Position numbers and translations under genes: made by a program. Of a stretch of 64,000 nt of DNA, positions 34,242-43,383 are shown piece by piece. The notes under the pieces were generated by a model. That model did no database searches, was not told where the DNA came from, and worked only from the letters and a program-made list of their open reading frames with translations. The stretch lies in assembly GCF_054482595.1 (NCBI RefSeq), contig NZ_CM137008.1; one strand, given 5' to 3'. The stretch's first letter is position 1. The number at the start of each line of letters is the position of its first letter.

Positions 34242-36503
34242 TCAATTCTCTTGCCCCAGCGCCTGCGCCAACTGCGCACGGGTAAAGGGTTTGCGCAACA
34301 GCGCCACGTCTGGCAGCGCGGGGTTATGGCTGGGGCGTAAATCCTGACCGCTGATGAGTAGCAGCGTCAGGTGCGGGTAAAGTTTGCGGGCCGCATTGAC
34401 CACTTCTGCGCCGCTCATGCCGCCGGGGAGCATTAAATCGCTGATAAAAATATCGATTTCTGCTGATGCCGCCAGCAGATCCAGCGCCTGTTCGCCGCTG
34501 CTTGCTTCCAGCGTCAAATAGCCCAGCAGGTGCAACTGTTCGCAGATGGTCTGGCGCACCGCGGCTTCATCTTCCAGCACTAACACCAGTTTATCGCCGC
34601 TGACAGAAGCCTGTTCTACTGCCGCTGGCGATAGGTTTTTCGCCGCCGTCAGCGCGCGGGGAAGCTGTAATCTGACCGTTGTCCCCTGCCCCGGCGCGCT
34701 TTCAATTTCAACGCGCCCACCGGACTGGCGCACAAAACCATAGACCATCGACAAACCCAGCCCGCTGCCGCTGCCCGTCTGTTTGGTGGTAAAGAATGGC
34801 TCAAATACCTGGCTTTTCACCGCCTGCGACATACCGCTGCCATGATCGATGACCTCCAGTGCCACCATGTCCTGACGCTGCCCACTGCTGCGAGTAACGC
34901 GCTGATTCCAGGTACGAATTTTGATGATTCCCGTCTGCCCTTCCATCGCGTCACGGGCGTTCATCACCAGGTTGATGATGGCATTTTCCAGTTGGCTGAC
35001 GTCAATCCACGCGGGCCACGCCGGAGACTGCGCTTCAATCTCCAGCGCCAGCGTTGCCGGTAAGGAGTGGCGCATTAATTCGCTTAACTCTTCCAGCAAT
35101 GTTTTCAGTTCAACGGCTTGCGGATGTAAGGACTGCTTGCGGGAAAACGCCAGCAGTCGTTGTGTCAGTAGCGCCCCACGTTCGGCAGCTTGCAGCGCCC
35201 GCTGTATTCGCGGCGCGTCTGGCGAGTCCGGATTCACCAGCTCCAGGCTGCCAATAATCACCGCCAGCAGATTATTAAAATCATGGGCCAGCCCGCCCGT
35301 CAGTTGCCCGACCGCTTTCAGTTTCTGGCTGTGTAATAGCGCCTCTTCCAACCCCTGCCGCTCAGTTTGGGCAATCTCCATCTGCGTGGTCTTCTCTTTT
35401 AGCAGCCGTGAGGTTCGTTCGAGTGACTCGGTATTGCGGGCAAAAACGTTAAAGGCGCGCGCCAGTTCACCCAACTCATCACGCCGCTGTAACGCCGGAA
35501 AAGTGACGTCCGCTTCGCCGTACGCCAGGCGGCTCATGGCGCGGGAAATCGCCGTCAGGTTAGTGCCGAGGTTGCGATAGATATACCAGCCGGCAAACGC
35601 GGTGATCACCACCGCTAACAGGGCGAAAATCATGATCACCCTCTCGCCGGAGCGCAAATCCTGGTAACTTTGCGCCACGCGCTGACCGGAGAGCGTCGCC
35701 ACCTGTTCGGCGTAACGGTTGATGTCGCCATTGAGGATCGCCACCAGCGCTTTGATGTGAAACATATACCAGCTGATTGCCAGATCGCTTTGCTCCAGAG
35801 CGGCAGAAAGCGGCGCGAGTTTACGCATTTCATCATTGAAATCATTGAGTAACGTATTAACCAATGGCATATCGCTGTGGGTCGGCAACGCAGACATTAC
35901 CCCGACCAGTTGATGAATAATCGCCTGCGGCGCGGGGGTGGCAATAGCGGCAACAATCAGTCGGTTCATCTCGTTAAGCAAAATATCATCTTGCGCGTGA
36001 GTGACTTTTTGCAGATGCCGCAGATAACTTAAGTTTTGATACAGCGAACTTAACAGCGCGTTGCGCTCCAGATGCCGCCTTTGCCCGCGCTCCAGCATAC
36101 CGCCGACGCTGGTTTGCAGTTCGTTGCTACGCGTGATGATTCGCGTCACCAGCCCGGCTTCCTGCTGCGCTAAAGGCGCGTTCGCCAGTTGTGCAAGCGA
36201 GCTTTTTAATGCCCGCTGTGTCTCCTGCAACCGCTCGGCTTCGCCTTTATATTCCAGCGCTCCCACCACCTGCGACAATCGCACCGCCGCCGTTGCCACG
36301 TTTGCCGTGTCGCGCGCCAGATTCAGGCTGCCGGTCATATCATCCACCGTTTGCTGCTGCACCAGCTCCTGCATCTGGCTGGCATGACGAAAGCCCATTA
36401 CCGCCACGCCGCTGACCATCAACGTCACCGCCACCACCAGCAAATTCAAAAGCAGCAATCGCCCGCGCGCGCTGGCAAAAAAATGACGTCCGGGGTGCGC
36501 CAT
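34242..36503 (-). CDS. hybrid sensor histidine kinase (periplasmic sensor, HAMP, HisKA, HATPase, C-terminal receiver; no HPt domain)
   Basis: ~753 aa from ATG at 36503 (MAHPGRHFF...) with GGAG 8 nt upstream; two TM segments flank a ~300 aa periplasmic region; H-box GGLAHDFNNLL; G-boxes DHGSGM / GSGLGLSMV; receiver with ISDLMLPGG; protein ends ~25 aa after the receiver. Confidence 0.85.
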   Translation of the reverse strand: MAHPGRHFFASARGRLLLLNLLVVAVTLMVSGVAVMGFRHASQMQELVQQQTVDDMTGSLNLARDTANVATAAVRLSQVVGALEYKGEAERLQETQRALKSSLAQLANAPLAQQEAGLVTRIITRSNELQTSVGGMLERGQRRHLERNALLSSLYQNLSYLRHLQKVTHAQDDILLNEMNRLIVAAIATPAPQAIIHQLVGVMSALPTHSDMPLVNTLLNDFNDEMRKLAPLSAALEQSDLAISWYMFHIKALVAILNGDINRYAEQVATLSGQRVAQSYQDLRSGERVIMIFALLAVVITAFAGWYIYRNLGTNLTAISRAMSRLAYGEADVTFPALQRRDELGELARAFNVFARNTESLERTSRLLKEKTTQMEIAQTERQGLEEALLHSQKLKAVGQLTGGLAHDFNNLLAVIIGSLELVNPDSPDAPRIQRALQAAERGALLTQRLLAFSRKQSLHPQAVELKTLLEELSELMRHSLPATLALEIEAQSPAWPAWIDVSQLENAIINLVMNARDAMEGQTGIIKIRTWNQRVTRSSGQRQDMVALEVIDHGSGMSQAVKSQVFEPFFTTKQTGSGSGLGLSMVYGFVRQSGGRVEIESAPGQGTTVRLQLPRALTAAKNLSPAAVEQASVSGDKLVLVLEDEAAVRQTICEQLHLLGYLTLEASSGEQALDLLAASAEIDIFISDLMLPGGMSGAEVVNAARKLYPHLTLLLISGQDLRPSHNPALPDVALLRKPFTRAQLAQALGQEN

Positions 36504-36616
36504 ATCACGCTCCGTGAAGAAAAATCGCAATATGACAAATATGAACGGCTTCTGACATTTTGCATTTACTTTCCTGTGATGGAGTGCTGATATCGACAAC
36601 CTCGCAGGAGTCCACC
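36504..36616. promoter_or_regulatory. divergent promoter region between the sensor kinase gene and the ABC transporter operon
   Basis: 113-bp AT-rich spacer between divergent start codons; direct repeats tgacaaatatgaa (36533-36545) and tgacattttgcat (36553-36565) spaced 20 bp apart. Confidence 0.5.
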
Positions 36617-38137
36617 ATGAACAGCACGCCAGTTCTGGAGATGCGCAATATTGCCAAAGCCTTCGGCAAATTTTATGCACTCAAAGGGGTGGATTTGACG
36701 GTCTACCCTGGCGAGATCCATGCCCTGATGGGGGAAAACGGCGCGGGAAAAAGCACGCTGATGAAGGTGCTGGCGGGGGCGTATACCGCCACCAGCGGCG
36801 AGATCCTCATAGACGGCAAGCCCTTTCACATTCGCACGCCAAAAGATGCCTTAAGCGCCGGTATTACGCTGATTTATCAGGAGATGCAGCTGGCACCGAA
36901 TCTGTCGGTGGCAGAAAATATTTTTCTCGGCAGCGAGCTTTCCCACGGCGGGCTGGTGCAGCGTAAAGAGATGCTAGTGCAGGCGCAAAAAGTGATCGAC
37001 CGCCTCGGCGCGCAGTTTAACGCCAGCGATAAGGTCATGACGCTGACCATTGCCGAGCAACAGCAGGTCGAAATCGCCCGCGCACTACATCGCAACAGCC
37101 GCATTCTGGTGATGGACGAACCCACCGCTGCCCTCTCCTCCCGTGAAACTCACCGTCTGTTTGAACTGATTATGCGGCTGCGCGATGAAGGGATGGCGAT
37201 TATCTACATCAGCCACCGTATGGCGGAAGTGTATGAGCTTTCCGATCGCGTCAGCGTGCTGCGCGACGGGCAATACGTTGGCAGCCTGACCCGCGATAAC
37301 CTCAATGCCGGGGAGCTGGTGCGGATGATGGTCGGCAGGCCACTGAGCGATCTGTTCAATAAAGAGCGCGATATCCCGCTCGGTAAAGCCCGCCTGAATG
37401 TTCACCACCTGACCGACGGCGGCAAAGTCCAGCCGAGTAGCCTGCTGGTGCGTTCCGGCGAAATTGTTGGCCTCGCCGGACTGGTGGGTGCCGGACGTTC
37501 CGAACTGGCGCAGTTGATCTTCGGCGTGCGGAAAGCGACAGGCGGAATGATTGAAGTCGATGGTGAACCGGTGGTGATCCACTCCCCGCGCGAAGCCATC
37601 GATCTTGGCATTGGTTTTCTCACCGAAAACCGCAAAGAACAAGGCTTATTCCTTGAAATGGCAGCAGCCGAAAACATCACCATGGCAACCCTGGAGCGCG
37701 ATGCCCGCTGGGGAATGCTCAATCGCAAAAAAGCGCAAACCATTTCCGATGACGCCATTAAGTTGCTCAACATTCGCGTGCCTCACGCCCAGGTACGCGC
37801 GGGCGGGCTTTCCGGCGGCAATCAGCAAAAACTGTTGATCTCCCGCTGGGTGGCGATTGGCCCGCGCATTTTACTGCTCGATGAACCCACCCGCGGCGTG
37901 GACGTTGGCGCCAAAAGCGAGATCTACCGGATCATGAACGAGATGGCGCGCAAGGGCGTGGCGATCCTGATGATCTCCAGCGAACTGCCGGAGATAGTGG
38001 GAATGAGCGATCGCGTCTATGTGATGCGCGAAGGCAGCATTGCCGGTGAGTTAAACGGCAAAAACATCACCCAGGAAAACATTATGACCTTAGCGACTGG
38101 CGTCAACGACGCCCATTCCCAGGCGGTAACCTCATGA
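36617..38137 (+). CDS. sugar ABC transporter ATP-binding protein, tandem ABC domains (RbsA/CUT2-type)
   Basis: 506 aa from ATG at 36617 ([16 protein letters not shown]...) preceded by aggag; two Walker A motifs ([18 protein letters not shown]) and two signature motifs (LSGGNQQK in the second half). Confidence 0.88.
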   Translation: MNSTPVLEMRNIAKAFGKFYALKGVDLTVYPGEIHALMGENGAGKSTLMKVLAGAYTATSGEILIDGKPFHIRTPKDALSAGITLIYQEMQLAPNLSVAENIFLGSELSHGGLVQRKEMLVQAQKVIDRLGAQFNASDKVMTLTIAEQQQVEIARALHRNSRILVMDEPTAALSSRETHRLFELIMRLRDEGMAIIYISHRMAEVYELSDRVSVLRDGQYVGSLTRDNLNAGELVRMMVGRPLSDLFNKERDIPLGKARLNVHHLTDGGKVQPSSLLVRSGEIVGLAGLVGAGRSELAQLIFGVRKATGGMIEVDGEPVVIHSPREAIDLGIGFLTENRKEQGLFLEMAAAENITMATLERDARWGMLNRKKAQTISDDAIKLLNIRVPHAQVRAGGLSGGNQQKLLISRWVAIGPRILLLDEPTRGVDVGAKSEIYRIMNEMARKGVAILMISSELPEIVGMSDRVYVMREGSIAGELNGKNITQENIMTLATGVNDAHSQAVTS

Positions 38138-39108
38138 CGACCTCTGCAAAAACCTCTGCCAAAAAAATGCTGATGAGCGATCTGATGCAAACGGTCGGCA
38201 TCTTGCCCATTTTGATTCTGATCGTGGCGGTATTTGGCTTTATCGCGCCAAACTTTTTTACCGAAAGCAACCTGCTGAATATTACCCGCCAGGCATCGAT
38301 CAACATTGTTCTGGCGGCGGGGATGACCTTCATCATTTTGACCGGCGGGATCGATCTTTCCGTGGGTTCGATCCTCGGCACCACAGCGGTGGCGGCGATG
38401 GTCGTCTCCCTTAGCCCTGAGTTCGCCATGCTGTCGATCCCGGCAGCGCTGATGCTCGGCCTGCTGCTGGGGCTGTTCAACGGCGCGCTGGTGGCCTTTG
38501 CCGGATTGCCACCGTTTATCGTCACGCTTGGCACCTATACGGCGCTGCGCGGGGCGGCGTATCTGCTGGCGGACGGCACCACGGTTATCAACTCCAACAT
38601 TAATTTCGAGTGGATAGGCAATAACTATCTCGGGCCGGTCCCGTGGCTGGTGGTGATTGCCCTCGCAGTGATTGTGCTGTGCTGGTTTATTCTGCGCCGC
38701 ACCACGCTTGGCGTTCATATCTACGCCGTCGGCGGCAATATGCAGGCGGCGCGTCTTACCGGCATTAAGGTCTGGCTGGTGCTGCTGTTTGTTTATGGTA
38801 TGAGCGGCCTGCTTTCTGGGCTTGGCGGGATTATGAGCGCCTCACGGCTGTACAGCGCCAACGGCAACTTAGGCATGGGTTACGAACTGGATGCCATTGC
38901 AGCGGTGATCCTCGGCGGCACCAGTTTTGTCGGCGGCATCGGCACCATCACCGGCACGCTGGTCGGCGCGCTAATTATCGCCACGCTCAACAATGGCATG
39001 ACCTTAATGGGCGTCTCTTACTTCTGGCAACTGGTGATCAAAGGGGCGGTGATCATCATTGCGGTGCTGATCGACAAATACCGTACCCGACACCATCAAA
39101 GTGCATAA
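38134..39108 (+). CDS. sugar ABC transporter permease (RbsC-like)
   Basis: 324 aa polytopic membrane protein; 4-bp ATGA overlap with the ATPase gene. Confidence 0.85.
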   Translation: MTTSAKTSAKKMLMSDLMQTVGILPILILIVAVFGFIAPNFFTESNLLNITRQASINIVLAAGMTFIILTGGIDLSVGSILGTTAVAAMVVSLSPEFAMLSIPAALMLGLLLGLFNGALVAFAGLPPFIVTLGTYTALRGAAYLLADGTTVINSNINFEWIGNNYLGPVPWLVVIALAVIVLCWFILRRTTLGVHIYAVGGNMQAARLTGIKVWLVLLFVYGMSGLLSGLGGIMSASRLYSANGNLGMGYELDAIAAVILGGTSFVGGIGTITGTLVGALIIATLNNGMTLMGVSYFWQLVIKGAVIIIAVLIDKYRTRHHQSA

Positions 39109-39126
39109 ACACATGAGGAATACAGC

Positions 39127-40068
39127 ATGAGATTGAAGCCCTTAGTGACCGCGCTCTATGCAGGCGCGCTGCTGACCGCAGCACCGTTCGCCCAGGCGAA
39201 AGAACTGAAATCGATAGGCGTAACGGTGGGCGATCTGGCGAACCCGTTCTTCGTGCAGATCACCAAAGGCGCGGAGCTGGAAGCACGCAAACTGGCAGGC
39301 GATAACGTCAAAGTGACGCTGGTTTCCAGCGGCTACGATCTGGGTCAGCAGGTGTCGCAGATAGACAACTTTATCGCCGCTAACGTCGATATGATTATCC
39401 TCAACGCTGCCGATTCAAAAGGGATCGGCCCAGCGGTGAAACGGGCGAAAGATGCCGGGATCGTAGTCGTCGCGGTTGACGTAGCGGCAGAAGGTGCTGA
39501 TGCCACCATCACCTCCGATAACACCCAGGCGGGCGAAATGGCCTGTAAATACATCACCGATCGCCTGAAAGGCAAAGGCAATGTGGTGATCATCAACGGC
39601 CCGCCGGTATCCGCCGTGCAAAACCGCGTCGAAGGATGCCAGACTGAATTTAAACGCCATCCTGACATCAAAGTGCTCTCTGACAACCAGAACGCGAAAG
39701 GCAGTCGTGAAGGCGGGCTGGAGGTAATGACGGGACTGCTGGCGGCAAATCCGAAGATCGACGGCGTATTTGCGATTAACGATCCCACCGCAATCGGTGC
39801 CGATCTGGCAGCAAAACAGGCGCAACGTAACGAGTTCTTTATTGTTGGTGTGGACGGAAGCCCGGACGCCGAAGAGGCGCTCAAGCGTGAGAACTCGTTG
39901 TTTGTCGCTACTCCGGCGCAAGATCCCCAGGTGATGGCAGCGAAAGCGGTGGAAATTGGCTACGACATTTTGCAGGGCAAACCTGCGCCGAAAGAGCCGG
40001 TGCTGATCCCGGTGACGATGATCGATAAAAACAACGTCGGCAATTACAAAGGCTGGACGGTGAAATAA
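39127..40068 (+). CDS. periplasmic sugar-binding protein (type I PBP, RbsB-like)
   Basis: 313 aa; signal peptide MRLKPLVTALYAGALLTAAPFAQA; RBS gagga upstream. Confidence 0.85.
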   Translation: MRLKPLVTALYAGALLTAAPFAQAKELKSIGVTVGDLANPFFVQITKGAELEARKLAGDNVKVTLVSSGYDLGQQVSQIDNFIAANVDMIILNAADSKGIGPAVKRAKDAGIVVVAVDVAAEGADATITSDNTQAGEMACKYITDRLKGKGNVVIINGPPVSAVQNRVEGCQTEFKRHPDIKVLSDNQNAKGSREGGLEVMTGLLAANPKIDGVFAINDPTAIGADLAAKQAQRNEFFIVGVDGSPDAEEALKRENSLFVATPAQDPQVMAAKAVEIGYDILQGKPAPKEPVLIPVTMIDKNNVGNYKGWTVK

Positions 40069-40122
40069 GTCCACACGCCGGGCGGCGCAGCTGCCCGGTC
40101 ACCGCTAAGGAGAACGCTTTCG

Positions 40123-40806
40123 ATGAAACGCTCCGCTATAAACGACATTCTCGGCCATACACGGCAATTCTTTTCGCAACATGACGTACATCTGCCGCCC
40201 TTTGCCAGTTTCTCGCCTGCTCAATGGCAGCAGCTCGACACCGCCGCGTGGGAGGAGGTTTTTGATCTTAAACTCGGCTGGGATGTTACCGCTTTTGGTC
40301 GCAACAACTTTGCAGCACACGGGCTGACGCTGTTTACCCTACGTAACGGCTCAGCAAAAGGAATGCCGTATGTGAAATGTTACGCCGAGAAGATCATGCA
40401 TGTGCGCGATGCGCAGGTCACGCCAATGCATTTTCACTGGCGTAAGCGTGAGGACATTATCAATCGCGGCGGCGGTAATTTAATTGTTGAACTGTGGAAT
40501 GCCGATAGTAACGAGCAAACGGCTGATAGTGACATTACGGTGGTGATCGACGGCTGCCGCCAGAAACATACTGCAGGCACTCAGTTGCGCCTGTCTCCCG
40601 GCGAAAGTATCTGCCTGCCGCCCGGCCTGTATCACAGCTTTTGGGCGGAAACCGGCTTTGGCGATGTTCTGGTTGGCGAAGTCTCTTCTGTCAATGACGA
40701 CGACCACGATAACCACTTTTTACAGCCACTGGACCGCTACAACCTGATTGACGAAGACGAACCTGCACAGTTGGTATTGTGTAACGAATACCGCCAGTTC
40801 CGCTGA
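40123..40806 (+). CDS. cupin-fold sugar isomerase, D-lyxose/D-mannose isomerase-like
   Basis: 227 aa; RBS aaggag; His-rich metal-site region (VTPMHFHWRKRE); length and context match my recollection of the characterised pathogenic E. coli D-lyxose isomerase family (not verified by search). Confidence 0.7.
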   Translation: MKRSAINDILGHTRQFFSQHDVHLPPFASFSPAQWQQLDTAAWEEVFDLKLGWDVTAFGRNNFAAHGLTLFTLRNGSAKGMPYVKCYAEKIMHVRDAQVTPMHFHWRKREDIINRGGGNLIVELWNADSNEQTADSDITVVIDGCRQKHTAGTQLRLSPGESICLPPGLYHSFWAETGFGDVLVGEVSSVNDDDHDNHFLQPLDRYNLIDEDEPAQLVLCNEYRQFR

Positions 40807-40820
40807 ATAAGGATAACGTT

Positions 40821-41681
40821 ATGCCATTGATTTCTCTCGCTGAAGGGCTGGCACATGCCCGCGAACATCACTATTCGTTAGGTGCGTTTAATGTGCTGGA
40901 CTCGCACTTTTTACGCGCCTTGTTTGCTGCTGCCAGACAAGAACGTTCGCCCTTTATTATCAACATTGCCGAAGTACATTTTAAATATATCTCGCTGGAT
41001 TCCCTGGTCGAGACAGTGAAATTTGAAGCGGCGCGTCATGCCATTCCGGTGGTGTTAAATCTCGATCACGGACTGCATTTTGAATCGGTGGTGCAAGCGT
41101 TGCGGCTGGGATTCAGCTCGGTAATGTTTGATGGCTCCACGCTGGGGTATGAAGAAAATGTCCGCCAGACGCGGGAAGTGGTGAAAATGTGCCATGCCGT
41201 TGGCGTATCGGTAGAAGCTGAACTGGGCGCGGTGGGTGGCGACGAAGGCGGTGCACTCTATGGCCATGCCGATGAATCCCTGTTTACCGATCCGCAACTG
41301 GCGCGTGATTTTGTCGACCGTACCGGCATTGACGCGTTGGCCGTGGCGATTGGCAATGCACACGGCAAATATCGCGGCGAACCGAAACTCGATTTCCCGC
41401 GCCTCGACGCTATCCGCCAGCAGGCTGCTATCCCGCTGGTATTACACGGCGGCTCAGGGATTAGCGATGCCGATTTCCGCCGCGCCATCGAACTGGGTAT
41501 CCACAAAATCAATTTCTACACTGGCATGTCGCAAGCGGCGCTGGCTGCCGTTGAGGCCCGAATGGCGTACCGTCAGCCGATGTATGACGAGTTTGCCGAG
41601 TTACTGCTGGCAGTGGAAGCCGCCATCAGCGATACGGTTGCACAACAGATGCGTATTTTTGGCAGTGCGGGGCAGGCATGA
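40821..41681 (+). CDS. class II ketose-bisphosphate aldolase family protein (GatY/KbaY/FbaA-like)
   Basis: 286 aa; alignable by eye with GatY (NLDHG, SVMFDGS, SVEAELG, ALAVAIGNAHG, LVLHGGSG motifs). Confidence 0.8.
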   Translation: MPLISLAEGLAHAREHHYSLGAFNVLDSHFLRALFAAARQERSPFIINIAEVHFKYISLDSLVETVKFEAARHAIPVVLNLDHGLHFESVVQALRLGFSSVMFDGSTLGYEENVRQTREVVKMCHAVGVSVEAELGAVGGDEGGALYGHADESLFTDPQLARDFVDRTGIDALAVAIGNAHGKYRGEPKLDFPRLDAIRQQAAIPLVLHGGSGISDADFRRAIELGIHKINFYTGMSQAALAAVEARMAYRQPMYDEFAELLLAVEAAISDTVAQQMRIFGSAGQA

Positions 41682-42679
41682 TGGAGCGTAAAGGAATTAT
41701 CGCCGCAGGCAATATGTTGGTTGACCACGTCCATCAGATTATCCAGTGGCCAGAGCGCGGCTGGCTGGCGGAGATCACCCACAGCGAACGCTCCACCGGC
41801 GGTGCGCCGCTTAACGTCCTGCTGACGCTGGCGAAAATGCGCACCGGGCTGCCGTTACAGGCGGTTGGGCTAATCGGTCAGGACAGCGACGGCGATTACA
41901 TCATGGCGATGCTTGAGCAATATCACGTCAATCGTCAGCATGTGCAGCGCACTACCTTTGCCCCGACGTCGATGTCGCAGGTGATGACAGACCCAAGCGG
42001 GCAGCGGACGTTTTTCCATTCGCCGGGTGCAAACAGACTTTTGGATCTTCCGGCGTTCGATCAGCTCGATAACACCATGAAGATTTTCCATCTCGGCTAT
42101 TTACTGTTGCTCGACAGCCTGGATATGCCGGACGATGTTTACGGCACCCGTAGCGCACGCCTGCTGGCGCAAATGCGTGATACTGGCTTTGAAACCTCAC
42201 TCGACCTGGTCTCCCGTAAGGGCGATCCGCGTTATCAGCCGCTGGTGCTGTCCGCGTTGCGCCATCTGGATTATCTGGTAATTAACGAACTGGAGGCCGG
42301 GGAGTTTAGCGGGCTGGAAATTCGGTTACCCAACGGCGAACCGCATATCGCGCATATTGCTGCCGCCGCGCGTGAACTGTTAGATGCGGGCGTGCGCCAG
42401 CGGGTGGTGATCCACTGCCCGGAAGGGGCGTGGGGAGAGACCCCAGAACAGGGCGGCGTGTGGATCCCTTCGCAAAAGTTAGAACAACGGGAAATTATCG
42501 GCAGCGTCGGCGCGGGCGATGCATTTTGTGCCGGATTTTTATATGGCTGCCATGAACGCTGGACGCTTACCGAGAGCATCAAACTGGCACACGCCTGCGC
42601 GCGGGCAAGCCTGTTATGCGCCAATGCCATCGACGGGGCGAAAACGCTGGAAGAGCTGCAAACAGAAATGTCGGATTAA
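41678..42679 (+). CDS. pfkB/ribokinase-family sugar kinase
   Basis: 333 aa; C-terminal GAGDAF motif (GSVGAGDAFCAGFLYG); 4-bp overlap with the aldolase gene. Confidence 0.8.
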   Translation: MMERKGIIAAGNMLVDHVHQIIQWPERGWLAEITHSERSTGGAPLNVLLTLAKMRTGLPLQAVGLIGQDSDGDYIMAMLEQYHVNRQHVQRTTFAPTSMSQVMTDPSGQRTFFHSPGANRLLDLPAFDQLDNTMKIFHLGYLLLLDSLDMPDDVYGTRSARLLAQMRDTGFETSLDLVSRKGDPRYQPLVLSALRHLDYLVINELEAGEFSGLEIRLPNGEPHIAHIAAAARELLDAGVRQRVVIHCPEGAWGETPEQGGVWIPSQKLEQREIIGSVGAGDAFCAGFLYGCHERWTLTESIKLAHACARASLLCANAIDGAKTLEELQTEMSD

Positions 42680-43383
42680 TGCACGTCGGCAGCGAAGACA
42701 TACCCCAGACCGCGCAGAGTTTTAATCAACATCGGCTGATGCGGGTTGAGTTCGATTTTGCGTCGTAAGCGCATGATTAATACGTCGATGGTGCGATCAA
42801 ACACCTCCACGCTGTCGCTGTGGGTGAACGCCAGCAACTGCTCGCGGCTCAATACCCGACGCGCGTTTTGCGCCAGAGCCAGTAACAAGCCATATTCGCC
42901 CTGAGTTAACTCGACATGTTGCTGAAGCGGATTGTGCAACTGGCAGCGCATGGTATCGAGATACCAGCCATTGAATGACAGCCCGGCGCTTTTCTCGTCA
43001 TTAACCGCCAGCGCACCAACCCGTCGCAACACCGCTTTCAGTCGTGCGACCACCACCCGCGGGGTGAACGGTTTGCAGATGTAATCATCCGCGCCCATTT
43101 CCAGCCCGACCACCACATCAGACTCACTGCCCATGCCGGTCAACATCACCACCGGCAATGTCGGACGCAGTTTCTGGATTTGCTGCAATACCCTCAGGCC
43201 GTTGGTATCGGGTAGCATCATATCCAGCACCACCAGCGCAATGTCAGGATCGCCCTCAATACGCAATATGGCCTCCTGTCCGGTATGGCAGACTGAAACC
43301 GTAAAGACATGTTCACTTAACACGTCCTGCAACAGTGCGCAGATAGCCGTGTCATCATCCACCACCAGCACGACGGGTTTCAT
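42676..43383 (-). CDS. OmpR/PhoB-family response regulator
   Basis: 235 aa from ATG at 43383 (MKPVVLVVDDD...) with GGAG upstream; the track ORF starts 6 codons earlier at 43401; receiver plus winged-helix (LRGLGYVF); 3' end overlaps the kinase gene stop convergently. Confidence 0.85.
   Translation of the reverse strand: MKPVVLVVDDDTAICALLQDVLSEHVFTVSVCHTGQEAILRIEGDPDIALVVLDMMLPDTNGLRVLQQIQKLRPTLPVVMLTGMGSESDVVVGLEMGADDYICKPFTPRVVVARLKAVLRRVGALAVNDEKSAGLSFNGWYLDTMRCQLHNPLQQHVELTQGEYGLLLALAQNARRVLSREQLLAFTHSDSVEVFDRTIDVLIMRLRRKIELNPHQPMLIKTLRGLGYVFAADVH

Noticed and set aside
36504-36680. Upstream 59-codon extension of the sensor kinase ORF (track start at 36680)
   Set aside because: The extension would overlap the divergent ABC operon promoter and start codon; the ATG at 36503 has a good Shine-Dalgarno and is followed by the first TM helix
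38017-38718. 233-aa minus-strand ORF spanning the ABC ATPase/permease junction in the accessory block
   Set aside because: Antisense to two translationally coupled transporter genes; Arg/His/Gln-rich artefactual frame
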